A stretch of DNA of 64,000 nt from a virus: IMG/VR virus record IMGVR_UViG_3300032235_000623, positions 32,001-96,000 of that record; one strand, 5' to 3'. This document shows positions 38,679 through 49,320 of this stretch, one piece after another (position 1 is the stretch's first letter; the number at the start of each line of letters is the position of its first letter). A model generated the notes under the pieces. The model made no database searches. It saw only the letters and a program-made list of their open reading frames with translations, and had not been told where the DNA came from. The position numbers were made by a program, and so were the translations under genes.

Positions 38679-39236
38679 ATGAGGATATATATGCCTATTG
38701 AGAGTTTAACTAATACAATTAAGATATATAAGAAGTATTTCACCGAATATGACTGCAAACACATAATGGATACTTTTGGAGACTCAGGGGAAGAAACCGT
38801 ACCATTCCTAGAGTTTCACTGGGGAGAGCAGTCAGTAGAAGGATTGAATCAGGAAAAAAACAATATTATCTATGAGTTCTATAAATTCTTTAAAGATGAG
38901 ATAGAAAAAGAATTTGTCATTGACAATATAGAGTTAGAAAGAGTATTCTTGCAGACCATGAAGCCTGGTGGTCAACTATCAGAGCATTTAGATGGTGAGC
39001 ATAGATTTGCTGTTCTTGGATATATCAACTCAGACTATGTTGGAGGAGAGCTCTACTTCTCAAGAGATAATCTTTCCATAACCCCAGATACTGGGGATGT
39101 TTTGTTCTTTCATGGAGGATCAAAGAATCCTCATGCGGTAAAACCTCTACTATCTGGCAATCGTACAAGTTTAATAATGTTTTTTACAAATAAAGGTGAA
39201 AAAGAAAAATATTCAATATTGGGAAATAAGCTGTAG
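38679..39236 (+). CDS. 2OG-Fe(II) dioxygenase
   Basis: HLD, DYVGGEL, HAV..LSGNR. Confidence 0.88.
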   Translation: MRIYMPIESLTNTIKIYKKYFTEYDCKHIMDTFGDSGEETVPFLEFHWGEQSVEGLNQEKNNIIYEFYKFFKDEIEKEFVIDNIELERVFLQTMKPGGQLSEHLDGEHRFAVLGYINSDYVGGELYFSRDNLSITPDTGDVLFFHGGSKNPHAVKPLLSGNRTSLIMFFTNKGEKEKYSILGNKL

Positions 39237-39251
39237 GCAAGGGAGCTAAAT

Positions 39252-39845
39252 ATGTTTTATAATGATGAGAATGTTGTAAAGATTAAAGAAGAAGGCGTCT
39301 GGCTATATAGAAATTTTATTAGTCCAGAAGAATGCGCTGCCATAGTTAATAAAGCTTCAGAACTCAGCGATTTAGACTGGCAAGACGGATGGGCAAGACA
39401 TCAAGGAACACTATTCTATACAAATAATCCAGAATCTGAGAAGGCAATAGCTGAGTGGTGGAATGATAAAGTCAGTCCTCCAGTATTAATCCCAGAGGTT
39501 ACAAAGGTTAACCAAAAGCTAAAGTCACTATTTACACCTGAGCTATTTTTCCTACCAGAGTACAAGGTTGTAAGACTTAAGCCTGGACAGAATATGAAGG
39601 CGCACAGAGACAATAGATCTGCTAATTTAAAAGCAGATGTAAAACAAGAATTTACTATTAACTGTGCATATACACTATACCTAAATGAATTAAGTGGCGG
39701 AGAAATTAACTATCCAGAATTAGGATATACTCATACACCACAACCAGGTGATTTGATCATACACTCAGGTCTAGTCTTGCATGAAGTTTTTGATGTGATA
39801 GATGGATTTAGATATACGATAACAGGTTGGTTATTAAATAAATAA
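39252..39845 (+). CDS. 2OG-Fe(II) dioxygenase
   Basis: HRD, LYLN..GGE, HEV..GFRY. Confidence 0.88.
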   Translation: MFYNDENVVKIKEEGVWLYRNFISPEECAAIVNKASELSDLDWQDGWARHQGTLFYTNNPESEKAIAEWWNDKVSPPVLIPEVTKVNQKLKSLFTPELFFLPEYKVVRLKPGQNMKAHRDNRSANLKADVKQEFTINCAYTLYLNELSGGEINYPELGYTHTPQPGDLIIHSGLVLHEVFDVIDGFRYTITGWLLNK

Positions 39846-39918
39846 GCCATACATAAGGCGGATTATGTATGGCTTATTTGCACATATAGTGCAACAGGGA
39901 GTAAAAACTCAAACCTGC
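39838..39918 (-). ncRNA. candidate ~80-nt sRNA including bidirectional terminator hairpin
   Basis: TTGACT-17-TATAAT (39953..39925) directly upstream; three hairpins; no ORF. Confidence 0.55.
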
Positions 39919-39932
39919 TGATTAATTATAGG

Positions 39933-40677
39933 TTATCTTTTAAATAAAGTCAATATCTTTTTTTTGATTTTAAGGAGCCTTGCTTCTACACTTTGTTCCA
40001 TTTGACCACCTGGAGTTTCCTCCCTGTAATGTTCAGTTTGGAAATATGGGCTATGCATATGTTGCGAGAAGTGATTCCTTGGACTCATATAATATATTAT
40101 ACATCATTTTCAGACCTTAAGGATGGACTTGGGCCAAGAAGGTATCCATCTTCATGATACTTAACCATTTTTTCGGTATCTTCTTCTCCAACTATTTTAG
40201 TTGAAAGTAAAACAAGTATATCGTATATACGGTGAAGCATTATATAATTCACCATTGAAAGATTTTCCTCTATAGGCCTAGAGTTTTCATCTTCCGTCAT
40301 CTTGTAGGTACCCATCTAAATCGTTAATTATTTCATCAAGGGTCATTCCGTTTTCCTTTGATGTTTCTATATACTTCTTAAATTCTTTGATTGCTTTTTT
40401 AGCCATAGGCATTACTGGCATATGCATACATGGGATTCCCATACCTATAGAACGTGCCAAGTCTTTATCGTAATTCATTTTCTACCAACTTTTTTATTTT
40501 GCTATAAAATAATAACCCAATATTATTTTTGTAATTACATGAAAGGCAATATAAATATATAACATCGTCAATACTCTGGTTAACAGAAAGAGGGCCTTGA
40601 TCTAAAGGACATTCTATCCTAGGAACAAGACCCTCTTCAGCTAAAGCTAAGTATTTTGATACGTATTGTATCTTCAA
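39933..40677 (-). CDS. small hypothetical proteins (39933..40088, 40097..40290, 40287..40478, 40465..40677)
   Basis: Coupled minus-strand ORFs. Confidence 0.6.
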
Positions 40678-40692
40678 TTACTTCCTCTTATT

Positions 40693-41265
40693 CTAATTTG
40701 GAAATTTTGACAGCCACTCAGCTGCTTTAGGTGTTAACCCTTTCCAAGCTGACCAATCAGTACCGCCATCGGTCATGTAGTACGTTATCTCTGCGTTTAT
40801 TACTGGATCAAATAAGAGTACATTTGATGCCAGGTTAAATTTTTCTTTACGATCAATGCCGAGTTTTCCCAACATATTAATCTGAAAAATTCCATAGGAA
40901 CTGTCTCCAGTATTCCTGTTACCATTGTAAGCCATTGGTCTTCCATTGGATTCCCGCTTAGCAATAGCCCAAGCCGTTTTAAGGGCTTTTCCTTCAAAAC
41001 CTACAGACCATAACAACTTTTTAAGTTCTTCATCTGTAAGCATCTCAGAAGGCTTGTATACAGTATTGCTGTATTTCTCTAAGGTTTCTTTCTTTAATTG
41101 TGTTTCATCTAAAGCAGTAAGTGATTTGTTTTCACTTGATGCTTCCAAAGCTAGAGACTCTGTTGGTCCAGGTTGAACACCAAATAAAAATAGTAATAAT
41201 ACTATTATTGATGTCCAACTATGAGCAACATCGCTCAGTCTTTGCTTTATTTTCTCCATAGGCAT
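40693..41265 (-). CDS. membrane-anchored lytic-transglycosylase/lysozyme-like protein
   Basis: N-terminal TM; AIAKRESNG, SYGIFQIN, DWSAW. Confidence 0.8.
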   Translation of the reverse strand: MPMEKIKQRLSDVAHSWTSIIVLLLFLFGVQPGPTESLALEASSENKSLTALDETQLKKETLEKYSNTVYKPSEMLTDEELKKLLWSVGFEGKALKTAWAIAKRESNGRPMAYNGNRNTGDSSYGIFQINMLGKLGIDRKEKFNLASNVLLFDPVINAEITYYMTDGGTDWSAWKGLTPKAAEWLSKFPN

Positions 41266-41421
41266 TTCCTCCTCTAGAGATAACGTTATACAATAATAAC
41301 ATTAGGATCATAAATATGTCAAGCCAGTCAACTAAAAAAAGTTTTTAAAAGGTCTTTTTTTAATAAAAATCTTTTGGTAGAATTGTCTTTCTATAAATAA
41401 TTAGAAGGAGAGGCGGACATA

Positions 41422-43356
41422 ATGTCTTATACAATTAAAAACCCGTATGAAAATTTTATTGCGTTGTCAAGATACGCAAGATGGATTCCAGAAGAAAATA
41501 GAAGAGAAAAATGGTCTGAGACCGTAGATAGATATTTTAACTTTATGTTAAATCATTTATCAGAAAACCATAACTATGCACCAGATAGCAAGCTGGTAGA
41601 AGAATTAAAAGAAGCAGTCTACTCTAGAAATGTTATGCCATCAATGCGATCAGTAATGACAGCAGGTGCTGCATTAGATAGAGATCATGTGGCAGGATAT
41701 AACTGTTCATTTGTTCCAGTAGACTCACCAAGATCATTTGATGAAACTATGTACATTCTTATGTGTGGAACTGGAGTAGGATTTTCTGTTGAGTATAAGT
41801 ATGTCAATAAGCTTCCTGCCGTTCCAGAGACATTTGAGAAGTCAACAACAGTTATTACTGTTGAAGACTCTAAGCAGGGATGGGCAAAGGCGTACCGTGA
41901 GCTCCTAGCTCTACTTTGGTCTGGGCAAATTCCAGCAGTTGATGTGAGCAAGCTTCGTCCAGCTGGAGCACGTTTAAAGACTATGGGTGGAAGATCATCT
42001 GGGCCACAGCCACTGATTAATCTTTTTGATTTTACTATTGCTAAGTTTAAGTCAGCATCAGGTCGTCAGCTTAAGCCAATTGAAGCACATGACATTATGT
42101 GCAAGATTGGTGAAATCGTTGTAGTTGGCGGAGTTCGTCGTTCTGCTATGATTTCTCTTTCTAATATTAATGATATTGAAATGGCACAGGCTAAGTCTGG
42201 AAATTGGTGGGAAAATAATTCACAACGTGCACTTTCAAATAATTCTGTTGCTTATTCTCGTAAGCCAGATATGGAGCAGTTTATTGCAGAATGGAAGTCT
42301 TTGTATGACTCGAAATCTGGGGAGCGTGGCATTTATAACGTCGCAGCAGCGCAGGCGCAGGCAGCTAAATATGGTCGCAGAGACCCTGAAGTCCATTATG
42401 GAACGAACCCATGTTCAGAAATTATTTTACGTCCTTATCAGTTTTGTAACCTTTCAGAAGTCGTATTACGTGAAAAGGACACAGTTGAAGATGTTGCAAA
42501 TAAAGTTAAGCTTGCAACAATTCTTGGGACATGGCAATCAACACTAACAGATTTTAAGTATCTTCGTAAAATTTGGAAAGACAATACAGAAGAAGAGAGA
42601 CTCCTTGGCGTTTCTTTGACAGGACAGTTTGGCCACAAGTTTTTCTCTGGTAAAGAAAATCTTGCAAAGCTAGAAGAAACTCTTAACGGTCTTCGTGAGT
42701 ACGCAAGAACAATGAACTCTGAAGAGGCGGGGAAAATTGGGATTCCTGAGTCTGCAGCTATTACATGCGTAAAGCCTTCTGGAACAGTGTCTCAATTGGT
42801 CGGGGTGTCTTCAGGAATGCATGCTTGGCATTCTGATTATTATATTAGAACAGTACGTGGTGATAAAAAAGATCCTCTTTCGACTTTCCTAAAAGAAGTT
42901 GGGATTCCAGTAGAGGATGATTTCATGAAGCCAAACGATACTTATGTATTTTCTTTTCCAGTAAAGGCACCAGAAGGAGCAATTACTAGAAATCATTTAA
43001 CAGCAATTGAGCATTTAAACACTTGGCTAGTTTATCAACGTGCTTGGTGTGAACACAAACCATCAATTACAGTTTCTGTAAAAGAAGATGAATGGATGGA
43101 GGTAGGTGCTTGGGTATATAAGCACTTCGACGAGGTATCTGGAATATCATTCTTGCCTCATTCTGATCACTCGTATAAGCAGGCTCCGTATCAAGAAGTA
43201 TCAAGAGAAGAGTATGAGGATTTACTGAGCAGAATGCCATCGGAAATTAGATGGGAAGATTTATCTTTCTACGAAACAGAAGATGGAACAAGCGGAACAC
43301 AAACATTAGCATGCACCTCTGACGGTAATTGCGAGATTGTGGATATATCAGCTTAG
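41422..43356 (+). CDS. nrdJ: class II (B12-dependent) ribonucleotide reductase
   Basis: YNCS, GTGVG, GGVRRSA, TNPCSEI, CNL, CVKPSGT, C-terminal AC....C. Confidence 0.95.
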   Translation: MSYTIKNPYENFIALSRYARWIPEENRREKWSETVDRYFNFMLNHLSENHNYAPDSKLVEELKEAVYSRNVMPSMRSVMTAGAALDRDHVAGYNCSFVPVDSPRSFDETMYILMCGTGVGFSVEYKYVNKLPAVPETFEKSTTVITVEDSKQGWAKAYRELLALLWSGQIPAVDVSKLRPAGARLKTMGGRSSGPQPLINLFDFTIAKFKSASGRQLKPIEAHDIMCKIGEIVVVGGVRRSAMISLSNINDIEMAQAKSGNWWENNSQRALSNNSVAYSRKPDMEQFIAEWKSLYDSKSGERGIYNVAAAQAQAAKYGRRDPEVHYGTNPCSEIILRPYQFCNLSEVVLREKDTVEDVANKVKLATILGTWQSTLTDFKYLRKIWKDNTEEERLLGVSLTGQFGHKFFSGKENLAKLEETLNGLREYARTMNSEEAGKIGIPESAAITCVKPSGTVSQLVGVSSGMHAWHSDYYIRTVRGDKKDPLSTFLKEVGIPVEDDFMKPNDTYVFSFPVKAPEGAITRNHLTAIEHLNTWLVYQRAWCEHKPSITVSVKEDEWMEVGAWVYKHFDEVSGISFLPHSDHSYKQAPYQEVSREEYEDLLSRMPSEIRWEDLSFYETEDGTSGTQTLACTSDGNCEIVDISA

Positions 43357-43420
43357 TAGTATAATATATTTGGGGTAAAACCCAAATTCCTGGGCAGAGT
43401 GCCCAGAAATAGGAGGTCTT

Positions 43421-43648
43421 ATGAAACAAGATCTAAATAATGATGGAAAGGTAACAATGCAAGAAAAAATTCTAGCAGCGTTAGCAAGCTACGGACGCCA
43501 TTTCTTAGGTGCCGCAATTGCTCTCTATATGACTGGTAATACAGACCCAGGAGATTTGATTAAGGGAGGAATTGCAGCAGTACTGCCAGTAATTCTTAAG
43601 GCCCTTAATACAAATGAGCCAGCTTTTGGATTTACCAAGAAACCGTAA
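43421..43648 (+). CDS. small membrane protein (holin-like)
   Basis: Two hydrophobic segments, strong RBS. Confidence 0.55.
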   Translation: MKQDLNNDGKVTMQEKILAALASYGRHFLGAAIALYMTGNTDPGDLIKGGIAAVLPVILKALNTNEPAFGFTKKP

Positions 43649-43719
43649 GTATTAGTTGATTAGGATAGCTCCTATGCTAAAATAAGCATAGGAGTTTTCC
43701 TTTTAGGAGATTTTTGCAA

Positions 43720-44070
43720 ATGGCAGTACAAAAGAATTTCGAAGTAGATCAAAATGCTACTTTCACCTTTGAGGTTCAATATACCGAAGAGGATGAAGTA
43801 ACGCCTATTGATCTCACTGGCGCAACCGCTAAAATGCAGGTGCGTGACACAAAGGGCGGAACAAAGTTAGCATTTACGCTAACTTCTCCATCTGGTGGAA
43901 TTACAATTGACGAGCCAAATGGAAAGTTGACTATAAAGATCACTCCTACTCAAACCAATAAAATGTTTTATCCAAAATCTGCATATGACATAATGGTAGT
44001 TGATTCAAATGGTAACAAAACAAAGTTGCTAGAAGGATTTATGACACTGAGTAGGAGTGTGACTATTTAA
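43720..44070 (+). CDS. virion structural protein (baseplate/fibre adaptor-like)
   Basis: PIDLTGATAKMQVR..YDI..LLEG. Confidence 0.65.
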   Translation: MAVQKNFEVDQNATFTFEVQYTEEDEVTPIDLTGATAKMQVRDTKGGTKLAFTLTSPSGGITIDEPNGKLTIKITPTQTNKMFYPKSAYDIMVVDSNGNKTKLLEGFMTLSRSVTI

Positions 44071-47000
44071 TGGCCGATGTAATTAAGGTTGTAGAGCAAA
44101 AAAATAAAGTAATCATTTCATCTCCAGGATCTCAAGGTCCAAGAGGTAAAACAATACTTAATGGATCTGGTGCACCTGCAAATAATTTAGGACTAGAGGG
44201 CGATTTTTATTATGATAAAGATTCTGCTGCATTTTATGGTCCAAAGTTATCAGACCTAACATGGGTTGGTGCAACAGTTATAGAGTTTGCAACAACAGAG
44301 AATGTCTCTTATACAACATCTTGGGAGCTATCTCAATTAGTTGGTCCAGTAAATGGGGAATACTCCATACAAATAACACATAACTTAGGATACAGTCCAA
44401 GTGTAACAATTAAGTCAAGTTCTGGTGACGTAGTAGAAACTGGAATAAATTATGATTCGCTTAATCAGTTAACTCTTGTAATGGCACAGCCGTTTTCTGG
44501 AACAGTATACCTATCATAAGGAGATAAAAAAATGGCAAGAAAATTTTTGGTAAGCGTCGACCTAAATAAAAATGAACTTCTAAATGCCAGAATTCAGAAT
44601 TTAGGTAGTGCCCCATCAAGTCCAGTATCAGGACAAATTTATTTTGATACAAACGATAATGTTTTATATTTTTATAACGGAACTTCTTGGGTCCCAGCAT
44701 CTGGAGCAACAGATGTAATTCAAGAGGTTATAGGTTCTTCTGTTATAGGAGGAACAGGATTAACAGCCACATATGACAACGTATCTGGCGAAACAACTAT
44801 TTCTTTAGATGACACAGCTGTAACAACTGGAAGCTATGGTTCAAGCACAGAGATTCCAACATTTACCGTAGACGCACAAGGTAGACTTACTGCAGCTGGA
44901 AGCACAACAATCTCTACAGATTTAGCAGTTTCCGCAGATTCTGGATCAGATACTATATCTCTTCTTTCAGAAACCCTAACTATTTCTGGCGGAGAAGGAA
45001 TTGATACATCTGTTGAGTCTGGAACAATTACAATTTCTGGAGAAGATGCTTCAGGAACTAATAAGGGTATTGCTAGCTTCAACACAACAGATTTTTCTGT
45101 ATCTAATGGCCATGTAAGTTTAGCAAAAGACCCAGTAATTACACTTTCTGGAGATGTTGCTGGTTCTGCAACAATGACAAACCTTGGCGATGTCACAATA
45201 ACAACAACTGTACAGCCAAACTCAGTAGCACTTGGCACAGATACAACTGGTAACTATATTGCAACAATTTCAGGAACAGCTAATGAAATTACAGTAACAG
45301 GATCAGGATCAGAGTCAGCAGCGGTAACAATTGGATTGCCAGACGACGTAACAGTTTCTGGAAACTTAACAGTTAATGGTAACCTTGATGTTGCAGGATC
45401 AATTAATTCTGTAAATACAACAGAAGTAAATATAGTTGACAATAAGGTTGTATTAAATTCAAATGTTACAGGTTCTCCTACAGCAAATGCTGGAGTTAGA
45501 GTTGAGCGTGGAACATCAACAGATGTTGAACTTCTTTGGAATGAGACATCAGATCAGTGGACATTGACAAATGATGGAACTAACTATCATGAAATAACAA
45601 GAAAGTACAAGCAAACACTTTCTACATCTGCAACATCATATACTGTTACACACAATCTAGGAACTCAAGATGTTATTGTACAAATTTATGAAGTTGCATC
45701 ACCATACCAGCAAATTTTTGCTGATGTAGAGCATACAAGCTCAAGCACAGTAACAGTAAAATTTGCATCTGCTCCAACAGCTGGAGAATATAGAGTAGTT
45801 ATCATAGGATAAGGTAGTAATAATGGCCAAATTTAAATCATTATTAAACTTAGTAACACTTTCAGTAGACCCATCATCTGGGTCTGCTGGAGATGTTTAC
45901 TTTAATGTAGTTTCAAAAAATTTGAAGATACATAATGGTTTAGTTTGGGTTGACTTAACACCTAGTTCAAAAGATCCTGCTCCATTCTATATGCACACTC
46001 ATACTTATGATGGAGATGTTCATACAATTACAATTGATGACATGATTACGTTTGACAATGATTTAAATAATGAAGCATCAGTTGTGGAACAAATCCCTGC
46101 TATAATTGGATTTGACGGCGGTAGTCCAAATTCAATATACGACGATGTTTCTTATAAAGAGTTAACATTGTTAGACGGAGGCGAAATTGGCAACTAATTT
46201 CCCAACAAGTTTAGACAACTTATCAAATCCAGATGGAACAGACAGCCTACAAGGACACGCACAGCTTCATGCTAATGTAAATGATGCAATTGAAGCTATT
46301 CAGTCTAAAATCGGAGTAGATGGTTCAGAAGATACAACGTCTTTAGATTACAGAGTATCTCAGTTAGAAATATCTCCAGTAGATATTGAGCAAGTACAGG
46401 ATGCAATTGCAGCAGCATTTGCTGCTGGAGATCAATCACAGGTTACAGTATCTTATAATGATGCTTTAAACTCATTAACGCTTTTAGTAAATGCTGCAGA
46501 AACAGCAGGATATACAAGCACAGTTAAACACTATGTAAAAAATTCTTCAGGGTCAACAATAACTGCTGGCACTCCAGTGTATACATCTGGAGCAAATGGT
46601 GCAAATATTCTTGTTTCAAAAGCATCTAATGTTGGAGAGTCAACTTCAAGCAAAACGTTTGGCTTGCTTGCACAAAATTTAGCTCAAAATGGTATTGGAT
46701 TTGTAGTTACTGAGGGATTACTTTCAGGTCTAAATACTAGCTCAGCCAATGCTGGTGATCCAGTATGGCTTGGAGTAAATGGATCTGTTATATACGGGTT
46801 ATCTAATAAGCCAATAGCTCCAGCACACCTAGTATTTTTAGGTATTGTAACTAGAGCACACGCACAAAATGGTCAGATTTTTGTTAAGGTTCAAAATGGA
46901 TTTGAACTTAACGAATTACACGATGTAGATTTAGATTACTCTAATCCTCCATCCGACGGAGATGTGCTTGCTTATAATGCAACTACAGGAATGTGGACAA

Positions 47001-49290
47001 ATTCATCTGAATTTGTAACACAAAGTTATGTAGACGATGCTATTTCTACAGTAGGAGACTCAGTAGATTCTGTAACAACCTTACTAGGGCTAGAGGGTAA
47101 CAATGATACTGTTATTACTGGGATAGAAAATGAGACTGAGGTAGATACTTTTGCAGTTTCAGATTTTAGAACAGTTAAGTATCATTTGCAAATATCAAGA
47201 AATTCAGAGTTTTATGTTTCTGATTTCTTGTTGTTAGCAGATGGAACAAATGTAAATGTAGTTGAGTCAAACGTAATATCAAACACATCTTCAGATCTTG
47301 CAAATGTAAATTTTGAAGAAAATTCAGGTATAATTAGTCTATATGTGACACCTGTTGGATCTGCTGTAACAGCAAGATTTATCAGAATGTCATTAAAGGC
47401 TTAATAAGGGGGTTGCACAGTGGCAACATTAAATAAAAACTTTAGAATTAAAAATGGCTTGGTAGTTGAAGGATCAACGGCTACCGTAAATGGTCAAAAT
47501 ATATTAACAGAGACAGGTTCTGATCAATATATTATCAATCTCATTGGTGGCACAGCAACAGATGCAAATACTCCTAGTGCAGTTGTAAAGCGTGATGCAA
47601 ATGGTGATTTTGCTGCAGGCACAATTACAGCAGATCTCGCTGGTAATGCAGACACAGCAACAACACTTGAGACTTCACGTACAATTGAATTAACTGGAGA
47701 TGTAACAGGCTCTGTTTCATTTGATGGTTCACAAAATGTTCAAATTCAAGCAGTCATAGACGGGTCGTTTGCTACAAATTCAGAAGTAACATCAGCAATT
47801 GAAAATGCAGCAGGCTCATACCTTGATTGGGATGGACAATCTCAGCTTAATGTTAATACACAAGAAATTGCTCAGGCATTTGGTCAGACATTTGATTCTT
47901 ATGGGTCAGCAGATGATGCAGAAACAGCAGCAAACTTATATACAGATGGCCGTGAAACTGCCATCACGACTGCTTATCAGGACTACGCTGATCAGGCAGA
48001 GGTTGATGCTAAGGCATACACAGATGCTCGTGAAACAGCAATTACATCTGCATACCAGTCATACGCTGATACAGCAGAACAAGATGCTAAGGACTATGCA
48101 GATGATTTAATTAATGATGCATCAAACCTTTCAACAGAAGTTTGGTCAGCATACAAGACAAATACAGAAATTGGTCTTGCAGAACAAAGAGCAAAGGATC
48201 ACGCAGATGATGCTGTAGCAGGACTTGTTGGTTCAGCTCCAGAGGTTTTGGATACAATTCAAGAATTGGCAACAGCACTTGAAAATAATCCAGACATTAT
48301 TGCTGATCTTGAAAATGTTGCAGCAGGTAAGCAAAATACACTAACTCCAGGCGCAAATATTGATATCTCAAACGATACAATTTCTGTAACTGGACTTGAT
48401 GCAGCAGACATTTCAGACTTTAACCAAGCAGCACTTTCTGCAACATCAGCAGCATACGATCCATCTGGTGCAGCAGCAGATGCTCAGACAAACGCTGAGG
48501 CAACTGCACAGGCAGCACTTGATGATGTATTAGATGCTACAACAGCATTTACTGCACTTAATGTAAACGATGAGGCTAAGCAATTTGCTGCAAGCTCAAC
48601 ATCATTAGGGTCAGTAGTTGTAACAGCTTATGAGTGGGCAAAAGCTGATTATCGTTCAGCAAAGGCACTTGTAAAGATTGACAACGGAACACATAATGAA
48701 ATATCAGAAATTCTACTCACACTAGATTCATCAGATAACGTATCAATTACAGAATATGCAATTGTAGGTACTAACGGATCTAGAGGAACAATCACAGCAG
48801 ATGTTTCAGGTTCAAATGTTAGAATTCGTGTAAATCCAGTAAACGATTCAACAATTAAAATTACTGGAACACTGCTTAAATAATTAAATAAAAGGCTTGG
48901 GGGAGAGCCTAAATCTCCCCCACAAATAAAAATTCGGGGGATAGGGAACTCGTGACAACAAACAATAAAGATTTTAAAGTTAAGAATGGCCTTGTAGTTG
49001 AGGGTAATCAAATAACGCTTGGAGATACTCCAGTAGCCTTCAATACCTCCACAAGCAAATTAGAAATTTATATTAACGGTTCTTGGCAGCCAATAGCTTT
49101 TACATCAGAAATTCCAGATGTTCCAGAAATTACATTTATGGATATCGGATTGGCCATTGACTACGATGGAGAACCAGTATATACAGTTCAGGCAAATGGT
49201 GTAGTTACCACAGCCACAAAATTCGCAGATGGGGGAACTCCATCAACATCTTCTTTCGGTATTACCTTTGATTCAGGTACTATCGGTTAA
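44070..49290 (+). CDS. tail-fibre/accessory structural gene run (44070..44519, 44532..45812, 45823..46197, 46187..47404, 47420..48883, 48952..49290)
   Basis: Ser/Thr/Gly-rich; THNLG, NFRIKNGL.VEG, APE.LDT..ELA fibre motifs. Confidence 0.8.
48899..48921 (+). terminator. hairpin after fibre gene
   Basis: GGGGGAGA..TCTCCCCC. Confidence 0.5.
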
Positions 49291-49320
49291 GAAGATAAAA
49301 TGATATAATAAGGAGTAATT

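Noticed and set aside
41422-43356. Intein or intron in the RNR gene
   Set aside because: Continuous 644-aa frame with normal motif spacing.
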